From positions 33,418,001 through 33,482,000 of the forward strand of contig OX597817.1 of assembly GCA_951406725.2 (NCBI GenBank): a DNA stretch of 64,000 nt. Direction: 5' to 3'. Positions 50,546 through 63,717 of this stretch are shown here, in pieces (position 1 is the stretch's first letter; the number at the start of each line of letters is the position of its first letter). The translations under genes were made by a program, and so were the position numbers. The notes beneath the pieces are model-generated. The model saw only the letters and a program-made list of their open reading frames with translations. It made no database searches and was not told the origin of the DNA. This stretch comes from Octopus vulgaris. Lineage: Eukaryota.

Positions 50546-51065
50546 GAATGTAGGATAACACTCATTTAGCGTGATCTTTGCAAGTGCAGCATTTGAATCA
50601 CTGTACTCAACGAGACTCAACAGGCTGGAACTTCCAAAGTAAAATGGAAAAGGCAGAGTGAGAAGATTGCATGTCTGTAGACCAAAGATTGAACTGTCAT
50701 GGCGAAGGACCTAGCAATTATTTAAGTACCAGTCAAGTACTTGTCAATCACTTGGGTGACTTCTATGGGGGTACGATCTAGAATGTGTATATAGATAGTA
50801 GTAGCTCCTTCTCAAATGTAGAACAGTATTTTATTGTGAGCACCATTTTAAATTTTTCTATATGTTATTAATTGTCACAAGCTCAAAGATTTATGAAGAT
50901 GAGATTATGTAACGGATTAAATTGATCCAATTCCCTTCCTAAACCTTATTTATTTTATCGACCCAAAGAAATGGAAGATAAAATTAATTATGACGAGATT
51001 TGAACCACAGATGTAAAAAGGAAATTAAATTCTGTTCAGCGTTTAGTTCAATACTCTACCATTTC

Positions 51066-51299
51066 TTATTTCTTTATTGCCCACAAGGGGCTAAACACAG
51101 AGGGGACAAACAAGGACAGACAAACGGATTAAGCCGATTATATCGACCTCAGTGCATAACTGGTACTTAATTTATCGACCCCGAAAGGATGAAAGGCAAA
51201 GTCGACCTCGGCGGAATTTGAACTCAGAACGTAACGGCATACGAAATACCGCTCAGCATTTCGCCCGGCGTGCTAACGTGTCTGCCAGCTCGCCGCCTT
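51066..51299 (-). mobile_element. SINE family A with TSD TACTCTACCATTTCT
   Basis: Full-length copy with a flanking direct repeat. Confidence 0.92.
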
Positions 51300-52389
51300 T
51301 TTTTTTACTCTACCATTTCTGCCAAACCAACACATGTTAATAATTGTTTCTAATTTAAGCATAAGGACAGCAATCTTGATGGGACGGGGTTAGTCGATTA
51401 ATTCAATCCTTGTTTTTAAATGCTGCTATATCTTATCGACACTGGAGGGATGAAAAGCATAGTTGACCTCGGTGGAATTTGAACTCAGAACGTTAAGTGT
51501 CAGAATAAATACCGCAATGCATATATTTCGACGCTCAAACAAGAGTATAAGCTCGTCCTTGCTTTCTGTAAGTTGAAGTAATTTTAAATATTTTGTATAC
51601 AGTGAAATCATATATTTGGAAAAAGTAATAAGGATATTTGGATCATAAGATACGTGAGGCTAAGTTTTAGATTCTTATTGAAAGTATCACACACACACAC
51701 ACACACACACAGAGTTGGTGAGTAGTTCTGAATTTTGAGATGTTAACATGAGAGATTAATGTCACCCAGGATAAGACGACTCAGCTTCGCAGACACCATT
51801 CGCAAAAGATCTGGTAACTATTCCCCGCCCACAAGCGAAATACTTGAAATTACATACCATACCGCATTGGATGTAAATTTATAATCAATGAGTTTAGTGC
51901 TTAAATATTATAAACTTGGCCTTTTCCCCTTCCATATCATACATGAAGCACGATGTCGCAGGTTACTATAATTCAGCTGTAAAATGATACTGAAAGTTAG
52001 CGATTATTTCAATGCTGCGACATCGATACAATACTTCCAACGTTGCCATTACCATCATGTGTCCATTTTCTGCTATGCGCTTTTTCCTTCAACAACACTA
52101 GATTTGCCAAAGCCATTACCAGTCCCGCCAAAATAGTATGGTCGATGTGATTTATATTCACACTGAACCTCTGCAGGTTGATGCCTGTAGCGAAACACAG
52201 GCAAGAAAGTAATTCTTGAAATCTGCAGTTCTGATCTTGAAAGTTCGGACGAAGCACTTGGAGCAAAGTTTTTGATTAAAACCCGGACAGTTCTGTTTGA
52301 GTAGCCTTGCGATGAAGGGCATCCAAATTCTGATTAATTCTGTATTATTTTCATACACAGTGCATCTAGGACTATATTATTCAATGTGT

Positions 52390-53125
52390 CGCCGAGGTCG
52401 ACTTTGCCTTTCATCCTTTCGGGGTCGATAAATTAAGTACCAGTTACGCACTGGGGTCAATCTAATCGACTTAATCCCTTTATCTGTCCTTGTTTGTCCC
52501 CTCTATGTTTAGCCCCTTGTGAGCAATAAAGAAATGAGAAACGTTAGCATGCCGGGCGAAATGCTTAGCAAGTATTTCGTCTGTCTTTGCGTTCTGAATT
52601 CAAATTCCACTGAGGTCGACTTTGCCTTTCATCCTTTCGGGGTCGATAAATTAAGTACCAGTTACGCACTGGGGTCAATCTAATCGACTTAATCCCTTTA
52701 TCTGTCCTTGTTTGTCCCCTCTATGTTTAGCCCCTTGTGAGCAATAAAGAAATGAGAAACATTAGCATGCCGGGTGAAATGCTTAGCAAGTATTTCGTCT
52801 GTCTTTGCGTTCTGAATTCAAATTCCACTGAGGTCGACTTTGCCTTTCATCCCTTCGGGGTCGAGTAAATAAGTACCAGTTACGCACTGGGGTCGATATA
52901 ATCGACTTAATTTGTTTGTCCTCTCTGTGTTTAGCCCCTTGTGGGTAGTAAAGAAATAGGTATTTCGTCTGTCTTTGCGTTCTGAGTTCAAATTCCGCCG
53001 AGGTTGACTTTGCCTTTCATTCTTTCGGGGTCGATAAATTAAGTAGCAGTTGCGTACTGGCGTCGATCTAATCGATTGGCACCCTCCCCCAAAATTTCCG
53101 GCCTTGTGCCTAGAGTAGAAAAAGG
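52390..53125 (+). mobile_element. SINE family A tetramer
   Basis: Four head-to-tail units; the last carries a different 3' tail (GGCCTTGTGCCTAGAGTAGAAA). Confidence 0.9.
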
Positions 53126-53733
53126 ATATTATGTGAAAGCTTATTAAAAAGTGTACGGTGATCTTATTTCTATGGGAGTGTGTTGGTTTGGAAATAATTT
53201 CGACTAGACCAATTTTCCTAATGTCCGGGTAACACAAGAAAAGGAGTGGTTTATTTAATTCTCAATTGGAGAAAAACAAAAACAAAACAAAAAACGGGCA
53301 TTTGTAAGTACCACGCCTCATGTGGTATGTTCTGATCCGATTAGAGCAATAATAAATATCAAGGAAATAAGAGGAAAATGGGTGTGGAAACTATAATGTT
53401 ATTCGTTTAAGCACGCTTTCAGGGGTTTCCTATATGTTCTCCACACAGCAGATATCACACGCCTTCAATCTTTTGACACCAGTCACCAGAATCAAACTTC
53501 CTTTGTGTTTTTTCAGCTTTTTATACATTTTTCATGCCGTCCTGCTGGTTGACACTCCTCTCACTGTGAAGTAAATGTGCGTTAATGAAATTTCTATTTA
53601 TAGATTTCGCAGCGAAATTTCTACTTATATAGATTTTATTTTTTACTTCTTACCCACTTGGGGACAAAAGATTGTCAAACTAAGATCGTAATATCTGGAT
53701 TTATTTTTATTCCGTACAATAATTTTCCCACTC

Positions 53734-53819
53734 ATGGCAGTAGAGATTAGTACAATTTTCTTCTTCACCGCATTTGTTGGTTCGGTTTTTGTTCTTCTAT
53801 ATCATAAATTAACCCGAAG
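53734..53819 (+). CDS. FAXC/metaxin-like gene, probable first coding exon (signal-anchor helix)
   Basis: CTC ATG G...CGA AG|GTAAAT. Encodes MAVEISTIFFFTAFVGSVFVLLYHKLTR, a hydrophobic helix with a basic end. Phase 2 matches the exon at 63718. Confidence 0.7.
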
Positions 53820-54314
53820 GTAAATATCCTGATACATTTTAAAACAAAACAAAACATTTTTCATCGATCCTTTTTCAAGCTGTCTTCCTATTTTGCTGTC
53901 ATTCCTTCCTCGTGTGTGTATGTTCATCTTTTGCATTATTCTTCTAAATTATTTTTTCATTTTTTCTTTTTCAATTATTTCCTTTTTATTTTAAAAATGT
54001 TTTTTAATTTTTATGTTTTGCATTAATTAAAATTTCCTTTATTTGTTTTATTATATATATTTTTTGTCACATTTCGTATCCCCGTTTTCTATTTCTGTTT
54101 TCCTTTCATTGCCTTTTCACTTATTCTGCACCTTTTCCAAAACTGCTTCAGAAAGACGCAATTTTTTTCTTGAATAAAAATCGCGATCGTCTCTCAGTGT
54201 ACGATTTCACGATAAAAGACGATATTGGAAATAACAATTATCTGAATTCCATCAGTGTCTTACTTCTCATCATCATTAGTTATTGCTAAGCCCCAGGTCA
54301 ACCTGTTAAATTTC

Positions 54315-55203
54315 TTATTTCTTTATTGCACACAAGGGGCTAAACATAGAGGGGACAAACAAGGACAAAAGGATTAAGTCGATTATATCGACCCCAGTGC
54401 GTAACTGGTACTTATTTAATCGACCCCGAAAGGATGAAAGGCAAAGTCGACCTCGGCGGAATTTGAACTCAGAACGTAGCAGCAGACGAAATACCTATTT
54501 CTTTACTACCCACAAGGGGCTAAACACAGAGAGGACAAACAAGGACAGACAAACGGATTAAGTCGATTACATCGACCCCAGTGCGTAACTAGTACTTAAT
54601 TTATCGACCCCGAAAGGATGAAAGGCGAAGTCGACCTCGGCGGAATTTGAACTCAGAACGTAGCGGCAGACGAAATACCTATTTCTTTACTACCCACAAG
54701 GGGCTAAACACAGAGAGGACAAACAAGGACAGACAAACGGATTAAGTCGATTACATCGACCCCAGTGCGTAACTAGTACTTAATTTATCGACCCCGAAAG
54801 GATGAAAGGCGAAGTCGACCTCGGCGGAATTTGAACTCAGAACGTAGCGGCAGACGAAATACCTATTTCTTTACTACCCACAAGGAGCTAAACACAGAGA
54901 GGACAAACAAGGACAGACAAACGGATTAAGTCGATTACATCGACCCCAGTGCGTAACGGCAGACGAAATACCTATTTCTTTATTACCCACAAGGGGCTAA
55001 ACATAGAGGGAACAAACAAGGACAGACATAGGTATTAAGTCGATTACATCGACCCCAGTGCGTAACTGGTACTTAATTTATCGACCCCGAAAGGATGAAA
55101 GGCAAAGTCGACCTCGGCGGAATTTGAACTCACAACGTAACGCAGACGAAATACCGCTAAGCATTTCGCCCGGCGTGCTAACGTTTCTACCAGCTCGCCG
55201 CCT
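54315..55203 (-). mobile_element. SINE family A pentamer with a single TSD
   Basis: Five units, four GACGAAATAC|CTATTTCTTT junctions, and flanking direct repeat CAACCTGTTAAATTTCTT (54299-54316 and 55207-55224). Confidence 0.92.
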
Positions 55204-55330
55204 TAACAACCTGTTAAATTTCTTTCAACCACATAAACTATTTCAAATTTTCACTATTTTCTTTTTTCAAATTTTCTACATCAAAGTAGTTTTGCATGCT
55301 GATGAAAATCATATTGACCTTTATTAAAAA

Positions 55331-55723
55331 CTAGCAGTATCGCCCGGCGTTGCTCGGGTTTGTAAGGGAAATAACTATAAAGCATTTTTAGAGAGTTATA
55401 GCCAAAGAATAGCAAAAAAATGCATTAAAAATGGAAAAAATATGATGGTAAATTTTTTTTTAAATCGTTGACTCATCGTAGACATTTTTAGAGAGTTACT
55501 TCCCTTACATTTAAAAATATGCATTAAAATGGAAAAAAATGATGGTAAATTATTTAAAAAATCGTACACTCATCGTAGACGCGCGCTAATACCCAGAAGG
55601 GCTCGATATGAATCACGACTATAAGATACCCGGTTTTGGTTAAACTGCACCGCAAAATGTGGGAGTAGTTAGGAATCTAAATCGGAGTAGACAGACACAC
55701 AACCTTACTTTTATTTATAAAGA
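55331..55723 (-). mobile_element. Non-autonomous Helitron
   Basis: Plus strand begins CTAGCAGTATCGCCCGGCGTTGCTCGGG (minus-strand hairpin and CTAG end); minus strand starts A|TCTTTATAAATAAAAG. Confidence 0.75.
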
Positions 55724-56013
55724 TTAATAATAAAAATTTATAAGCATTTAAAGTTACGTAATTTTAACTAATCAGAAACCTCGTATTGCAAGTTGCACCT
55801 GCGTCTGTATAAGGAGCAGCACTGACAACAATGGTATCTCGATATGCTAGAAATAGCAGCCAAATCTTCCTTAAACTACATCATAACGTCCGAAAAAAAA
55901 TTACAAAATATTGTGCCAAGGCACTATATATTTCCTCGCCTGAGCCAGGTCTAAGGGCTTCCAGTTTGTTGAATGTTATTAATAACAATTAAATTAAAGT
56001 TAATACCTACAGG

Positions 56014-56169
56014 AAGGGGTGGACTGAGAGTATTAAGGGTTCTCGGGCATAACTGTTTACCGGGCCCCTTAGCATTGATATTAGTAGATTTAACACGTAG
56101 TGTGCAGGTCCCTCAGAACTCCGGGCCCTCGGGCGGTGTCCGATTGACCGATGGCTCAGTCTGCCCCTG
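56014..56169. mobile_element. hAT-type MITE
   Basis: TIR-like AGGGGTGGACTGAG and CTCAGTCTGCCCCTG; 8-bp TSD CCTACAGG/TCTACAGG with one mismatch. Confidence 0.7.
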
Positions 56170-56812
56170 TCTACAGGTGTAATTTTATTTTTACCGAACT
56201 CACTACCATTAAAACACTTACTAGGCACAACAGATCGATTTTAAATGCACTTTCTCTTTTCTTCCGATAAAATTGTCACTTAGCGGTTCGGCAAAAAGAG
56301 ACCGATAGAATAAGTACTGGGCTTACAAAGAATAAGTCCCGGGGTCGAGTTGCTCGACTAAAGGCGGTGCTCCAGCATGGCCGCAGTCAAATGACTGAAA
56401 CAAGTAAAAGAGTAAAGAGTAAAGCTTAAATTAAAAAGATTGTAGTAGTGGTGGAGAAAGAATTACTTACCAATGTTAGTGTAAGAAAAACGAAGATGCA
56501 TTTAATATCGATCTGTGGTGCCCTGTGGGTGTTTTATTGGTCGTGAGTTCGATAAAAGATTACATTCGTAGAGACAGATATTTAATTTAAATATCATTGA
56601 TAACACTGAACAAATTGAAAGTTTTTGAACCCGCCTCAAGCGAGGAGGCATTCTTTCGGTATGCCCCTCAGAACTGTCAAAATTCGATCATACGGGGGAC
56701 CATTTGATTGTTCGTTAATTTCCATAATTTATTTACTTTTGTTTTAAAGTGAAAGACAGGAGAAAGTGCAAGGTGTATGTACGTCTATATGAAATGGACA
56801 TGTGCGCGTGTG

Positions 56813-56856
<44 letters not shown>

Positions 56857-57738
56857 TGAAGGGGTTGTGTCGTCATGGACACGTACATACATAAATACAT
56901 CATTTTTGTATGTGTGTGAGAGAGAGAGCCACTTAGACATCACTCTCTCTCTCTCTTTGTCTCACACACACACGGAATTTTCTAGGTGCAATTCTATGGT
57001 TATTCATGATGTCCATTGATTAGCCAAGAGACCTATAACGTAGCTAAGATGGCTTTACACCTTTATTCCATATCTTCGCTGTTTTCCCTCATTGCTAACA
57101 TTTAATCGCTTAATCCTTACCAGCTATAAACAAAGAAGCCGCCCACATTTTTTATTGTGGGAAATTTTCCAGAGAATCTCACTTCTTTCGGGTTTGCTTT
57201 CGAGAAATTCCATGTTATTATCGTCATTAAAATCGCATTAAAGAAACTGGATTTTTTTCTTAAGATTCACGCAATATACCGCAACGCAAAATATATAAAT
57301 ATTAGTTTCACATTTTGACATAAGGCCAGAAAGTTTGGGGTGGGTGGGAGGGGTAAGCCGATTACATCGACTGCAGTGTTCAACTGGTACTTATTTTATC
57401 GATCCCGAAAGGACGAAAGGCAAAGTTGATCTTGGTGAAATTTGAACTCAGACAGTAAAGACAGACGAAATGCCGCAAAATATTTTGCCTGGTGTGGTAA
57501 TGATTCTGCCAGCTCGCTGCCTTAATCGTTATATTAATTTTTTTTTTACTACCCACAAGGGGCTAAACATAGAGGGGACAAACAAGGACAGAAAAACGGC
57601 TTAAGTCGATTACATCAACCCCAGTGCGTAACTGGTACTTAATTTATCGACCCCGAAAGGATGAAAGGTAAAGTTGACCTCGGCGGAATTTGAACTCAGA
57701 ACGTAACGGCAGATGAAATACGATAGTCATATTAATAA

Positions 57739-58050
57739 TGGAGGCACAATGGCCCAGTGGTTAGTGCAGCGGACTTGCGGTTGTAGGATCGCGGTTTCGA
57801 TTCCCAGACCGGGCGTTGTGAGTGTTTATTGAGCGAAAACACCTAAAGCTCCACGAGGCTTCGGCAGGGGCTGGTGGCGATCCCTGCTGTACTCTTTCGC
57901 CACAACTTTCTCTCACTCTTTCTTCTGTTGGCCTGCTCGCTTAGCCAGCGGGGTGGCGTCATTCGAAGGCTAAAACAATGCGAAGTGCATTGTGACCAGC
58001 GATGTGTAGCAACATCTGATAGCCTGGTCGGTCACGGTGATCATGGTGAT
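57739..58050 (+). mobile_element. SINE family C
   Basis: Colinear with 1923-2212. Confidence 0.88.
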
Positions 58051-58483
58051 ATCAATAATACTGAATATATACTATTTGTAGGGTTAATAACAAACTCTCA
58101 AACTGCAATTTATTGGATGATGTATCTACCTCGGTTTGTAGATCACACACATACACACAGACGCACACACCATAACATCAGGAATTCCACACCTTTTAAC
58201 GTCCGTTTTGTTCATTTTAATGTGACTATAATATCTAACTTTCCTTTTAGCTCCACCCCTCTTCAAAATCTATTTAACACACCCACACACGCTCACGCAA
58301 ACACACACCATGCACCGACGTACACTCGTACCATCTGTTCATTTCCCTAAAATAAACATCTTCCTTTCCTCAACAAATTAAGGAAAATATTTGCTCTTTA
58401 ATATCAACAAACAGCAAGCAGTTGACGATTTTAACACGGTCTTAAAGCAGACGAATGCAGCTGTGTGAATATAGTGTTTCAGA

Positions 58484-58898
58484 AAGGCGGCGAGCTGGCA
58501 GAAACGCTAGTACGCCGGGCGAAATGCTTAGCGGTATTTCGTCTGCCGCTACGTTGTGAGTTCAAATTCCGCCGAGGTCGACTTTGCCTTTCATCCTTTC
58601 GGGGTCGATAAATTAAGTACCAGTTACGCGCTGGCGTCGATATAATCGACATAATCCGTTTGTCTGTCCTTGTTTGTCCCCTCTGTGTTTAACCCCTTGT
58701 GGGTAGTAAAGAAATAGGTATTTCGTCTGCGTTACGTTGTGAGTTCAAATTCCGCCGAGGTCGACTTTGCCTTTCATCCTTTCGGGGTCGATAAATTAAG
58801 TACCAGTTACGCACTGGAGTCGATGTAATCGACTTAGTCCCTTAGTCTGTCATTGTTTGTCCCCTCTATGTTTAGCCCCTTGTGGGCAATAAAGAATT
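58484..58898 (+). mobile_element. SINE family A dimer with a single TSD
   Basis: Junction AAAGAAATAG|GTATTTCGTC; TSD AATATAGTGTTTCAGA at 58468-58483 and 58900-58915. Confidence 0.92.
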
Positions 58899-59475
58899 AA
58901 ATATAGTGTTTCAGAGTTGATAAGAGTTCTGAGCCAACGATCGAAAGATTGACAGTTTCGAATCCCGTCAATGACCGTTTTACTGTGGCTCCAGAAACAT
59001 TAATTAACTTCTAATGATGGTCCATCTAATTGCAAACTGAGAAGATCGCATTACTTTGTAATTATTCCGTTAGATTGCGACCCACACCATCATTCTACAT
59101 AACCATTCTTCGCAAGCAGGGATGGATAAGAAGGAAATGAGAAAAGAGATAGAGCAATTTCAAATGAGAACAAATCATATTATTGTAATGTTTTCTTATG
59201 ATTTAATTACAGACACTAATTTCTACAACAAATTATTTTAATAATCGTTTATACTTTGACTCGGTTACTTTAGGACATGAGTTAATTACAAGATGTATAG
59301 CTATACTGTATATCTTTTATTTTCTTATATTTTTGTATTTACTGACGGCAACTGATCTTTTTTTGCTGCAAATTAAACTAATTTTCCTATAAATTGATAT
59401 AATATGTTAACATTTGGAGGTAAAGTATGTTGAGACTCCCCACAATGTCATTCAATTACGATTTCCTATTTTGTA

Positions 59476-59515
<40 letters not shown>

Positions 59516-59969
59516 TTCTTGTTTGCCACAATTATTATTATTTGTTAGTTATCGTGGTATTGAGGACCTTACTGACACAAACTTTGAATAATTATAGCTG
59601 AATAGGTTTTATTATAATTATATTTGACTATTTCTAATTACAAAGAGGCTAATTGCACAGTTAAAATAATGTAATGTGAATTTAGTTTACATTAAGGTTT
59701 ATTTGGAATGTTTAGCTCAGTTCCAGGAGCTAGCCGTCTAATTATTTATTAAATCCGTCATTAATTGAATACTGTAAATTTTGAAGCAAATTAAGTGAAA
59801 AAAAATTCAGTTTCCAACTCATAAATCACCATCGTGATGTCATGTTTGCGTATAATTTGCATTTCATTCAGAGAAGCATCTTAAATGAGAGCATGTACAG
59901 AATCTTTGTTTCTCAGTTCGCATCACTTGGGGATACACTGAGTCATTAAAAGCGAGGTTTATATTTGCA

Positions 59970-60347
59970 CTAGCAGTATCGCCCGGCGTTGCTCGGGTTT
60001 GTAAGGGAAATAACTATAAAGCATTTTTAGAGAGTTATAGCCAAAAAATAGCAAAAAAATGGGAAAAAAAATGATGGTAAACTTTTTTTTGAGAGTTAAA
60101 ATGGTCGAGTTGCGTCCCCTAGACAGTCTGTGGTTTGTGTTTCTGATTCTCGACCCCATGTCGAATTTATCGATTTTTTTCAGAACTGGGGGAACTTTTC
60201 AAAATTTTTGCTGCGTTAGTTTTGAATTATGACATTGGGCTATGTGTGTGTCAAGTTTCATCAGAATCGGTTGAAAGCCGTGGTCAGGGCGAGGGTACAA
60301 CCTGACAGACACACAGACAGACAAACTGCCGTTTATATAGAGAGAGA
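59970..60347 (-). mobile_element. Non-autonomous Helitron
   Basis: 3' end identical to the 55331 element; 5' end TCTCTCTCTATATAAACGGC shared with the 13095 element. Confidence 0.78.
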
Positions 60348-60899
60348 TGCTCAAGTACGATGAGCAAGCAATTTGGTTGCTAATCGGTATCCATCCATCC
60401 ATCTTCTCTGTCCATTGTACCTGTGAGGTTCGTGGAGGTAGAGTCTTCAGGCACTTTCTCGACAGAGTCCTATCATTACATTTTCCATCTAGAAAAGTTC
60501 TCAAAGACAACCTCGCTAGAGACATTAGGAAAACGCTGGTGTACAACAATTTAACAAGAAGTATTTTGCTATACTGCTTCAACAAACTGACTGATGCTAC
60601 TTGAGGCCAAAACGTCTTCTAAAGTAACATTATTCTTTTATTGGTTTCAGCCTTTGGACTGCGGCAATGCTGGACCACTTCCTTCTAGATTATGGTCAAT
60701 TACATCGACTGGCATTTTCACAAAATGTTCCAGAGTGCTTAACATCGTGACACCAGTTAAAAATAGAAACATCAAAGGATGGTTCTTTCCAGAACAACCT
60801 TATAAATTGAGATAAAAACAAAAACGATGCCTCCAACAATGAACCAATGTTCGATAAAGCTCCTGAACAGTTTTGGTTATTTTATTTATTTATCGTTAT

Positions 60900-61420
60900 C
60901 TGCAGTTGATGTTTGCTAGAAAAACATGGACAGGGAAGAAATTCCAGAAGGCTGACGTTCTGAGCAAGAATTAGGAATAGTTGTTAGTGCAGACACAATA
61001 TGGTTGTTGAGAGGAGAAAAAAAAGACGAGTGAGTTAGTGAACCATCTCTGAAGGTCAGGATCACCCAGTAGTAGATGCAGAAAAGAAAGAGCGAAAAGA
61101 TCGCATACCAGTGGGCCAGAGGTTTAAGAGTGTTAGTGATTGGTTTTATGATAATCAGTCCTATGCTTTTGTCCCGGATGTGGTCATGCATCTTTAGCAG
61201 CTGCAGCACGGTTCAGGACCTGGGAGAAACATTTCATTGAGGGTCTCGAGCTGTGGCGGCTCGTAGATAAAATTAGTGGGGGTGCTGCTTCTGAAAATTC
61301 TTAGCCATTGTTTTAATATTGTGTAAAAGGAAACAAGCATATAAAAAGAAAATTTATACATAAACTTGATCGCTTTCGTTTTAGCCACTACCGGATATTA
61401 TGTATAATTTGTTCATTGAA
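60900..61420 (-). mobile_element. Old CR1/Jockey-like LINE relic
   Basis: DHIRDKSIGLI...TNTLKPLAHWYAIFSLFLFCIYY resembles the LD-VQ-KA-RLI...L-PL-HRR----L-LFY-YY region of LINE ORF2. Confidence 0.6.
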
Positions 61421-62579
61421 CACCACCGCGAATTCCCCCTTGTTTTTCAAAAATCGCCCCCAAATCACAAAATAAGTGTGTGTGTGTGTGTGGTGGTGGT
61501 GGGGGGGGAATCTGTCCTATTTATCATATCCTGGCAGCAACACTGTAGCTGAAAGCAGGATAATAATTTAATTCTACACTTTCACATTCTACACTATCAC
61601 ATTCAAGAATATAAACACGTTTTTAAGCACAGCACACACGGAGTCAAAAAGAAACACTACCTTTCACCAGCACACCAGGGTTGGCACTGCATGAACGACA
61701 ATGTTCTCTTTCCCTAGCGTAGAGCCTCCTATCTCAGACATGTGAGCATGTGCACAACGGCCAAACACCACGTCACTAGAACTGTGAAGCGCATAGTTCT
61801 ATACAAGGAATTTTGTATTTCTTTCATAAACTAGGAGATGGCTACAGACATTAAGTTAAAGGATCATATAATGTACAAGTATAAAGAAAGAATATAAGGA
61901 AAAAAAGATTCATTATATTGAATGTTATCGATAATATCGAGTGGAAATACAGGGTGCTGCAGTTCCGCAGTGCCTATACATGAGCTGCCACTGGTCTCGA
62001 GCAGTGTAAAGAGTTAACAAATTTGAGGAGCTACAATATTTTCATGCCTTTAAGAAGCTCAGTCATTGTGATGTAGTCTTTGTTATGTTGTAGGCATGAG
62101 ATTGCTAGAAGAGAACGTTAATGATTGTGAGGGCTAGCATTTGTAGTGATTTTAAAAGTTCTAATTGTATGTTGCTGTGATTTGGAATGATAGAATACAA
62201 ATGTGTTTCCTTAATATGTGCAATGATTGTCCTTGTGTTACTGAAGAAGACAATATTGACATGAATTCATTGGTAAATGTTATTTAAGATAATGATTACA
62301 AATTTTAGAAAAATCTTGCACTACTTGAATAGCTCTTCATTTTATCAACCTCAGAAGGATAAAAGGTAAAAATTGACCAAAGCAAGATTTGAACTCAGAA
62401 CATAAATGAAAGTAATTACCATAAGGCATCATGTCCTAGTCTCTACTAATCTGGCTGCACTGCTGCTTTGTATCAAAATAATATCCACTTTCAACACACA
62501 TAAATATGCTTATGAACGTAAGAGGATGAGTGGGGGGGTGACATGCATGCATAGAAGTTGGAAAACAAAATATACATAA

Positions 62580-62797
62580 GCCATTGCCAGCCTCGCCTGG
62601 CACCTGTGCCAGTGGCACATAAAAAGCACCCACTACACTCATGGAGTGGTTGGTGTTAGGAAGGGCATCCAGCTGTAGAAACACTGCCAGATCAGACTGG
62701 AGCCTGGTGCAGCCTTCTGGCTTTCCAGACCCCCGGTCAAACCGTCCAACCCATGCTATCATGGAAAACGGACGTTAAACGATGATGATGATGATGA
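62580..62797 (+). mobile_element. Retroposon family D, 3' part
   Basis: Matches about 19340-19558, with (GAT)n tail. Confidence 0.85.
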
Positions 62798-62989
62798 CAT
62801 AAAAAAAGTATTTGATGCACTTGTTAAAGCAACCATTATTTCATGATTGAGTTGTGAATGTCTTAACATAGCGGCTTTATTTGATTCCACTTTGGAAAGC
62901 TCATCTAGTTTGAATACCATTAGGATTGACAGACATCATTGAATCACGCTTGTGGACATTTTTCCCTTTCCAGTTAGTAATCAGTTTGA

Positions 62990-63145
62990 TTTATGTCACT
63001 AATACACTTGGTAAGAAGTTTGTTTCCCGACCACATGGTTCCATGTTCAGTCTCAATGCATGGCACCTTGGGCAAGTGTCTTTCCTGGGTTGGTCAAAGC
63101 CTCATGAGTAGATTTGGTAGATGGAAGCTGAAAGAAGCCCATCAT

Positions 63146-63176
<31 letters not shown>

Positions 63177-63383
63177 CTTTGTGTTTGTCCCCTACCACTG
63201 CTTGACAACCGGTCTTAGTTTATTTACGCCACATAACTTAGCAGTTTGATAAAAGCAACTGACAGATTAACTGGCAGGCTTAAAGCTAAGTTCTGGGGAC
63301 GATTTGTTTGATGAAAACACTTGAAGGAGGTGCTCCAGTATGGCTGCAGTCCAATGACTGAAACAAGTACAAAATAAAAGATA
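62990..63383 (+). mobile_element. Diverged SINE family B
   Basis: CACCTTGGGCAAGTGTC core and GACTGAAACAAGTA tail. Confidence 0.78.
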
Positions 63384-63717
63384 TGTCACAGCTACTAAAT
63401 CCCTATTCTTTATAGACAACAAGTGCATAACTCTCACCCACACTGAAAGGGCCAGAAATCACTTGGGTGCTGCTCCTCTTTCTTTTACATAACTTATAAA
63501 AATAAATCTGATTACTTGTTTTTATTTTTTCATGGGACATCATTATTTTATACTGAAAGTCTGTCAGGTAAATGAATTTCTTGTTATAACTAGCTTACCT
63601 TAATTATGAAGATGATGATGATGAAAGTAATAATTGCAATCTTAGTGGTCTAAATTCTGTTGTAAGCCATTTCCCATATCGATTTTAAAAAATTTTCATT
63701 TTACTTTAACTTTTCAG

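Noticed and set aside
51950-52375. Minus-strand segment with a YFGGTGNGFGKS P-loop-like word and two short ORFs
   Set aside because: The frame closes within ten codons, with no other helicase or viral motifs and no splice support; unassigned.
54315-55203. Regularly spaced repeats resembling a CRISPR array
   Set aside because: Units are about 184-bp SINE bodies with no unique spacers, no cas genes, and the context is eukaryotic.
46747-55327. Recurrent short ORFs MRNWYLIYRPRKDERQSRPRRNLNS...
   Set aside because: Antisense translations of SINE family A, not a gene family.
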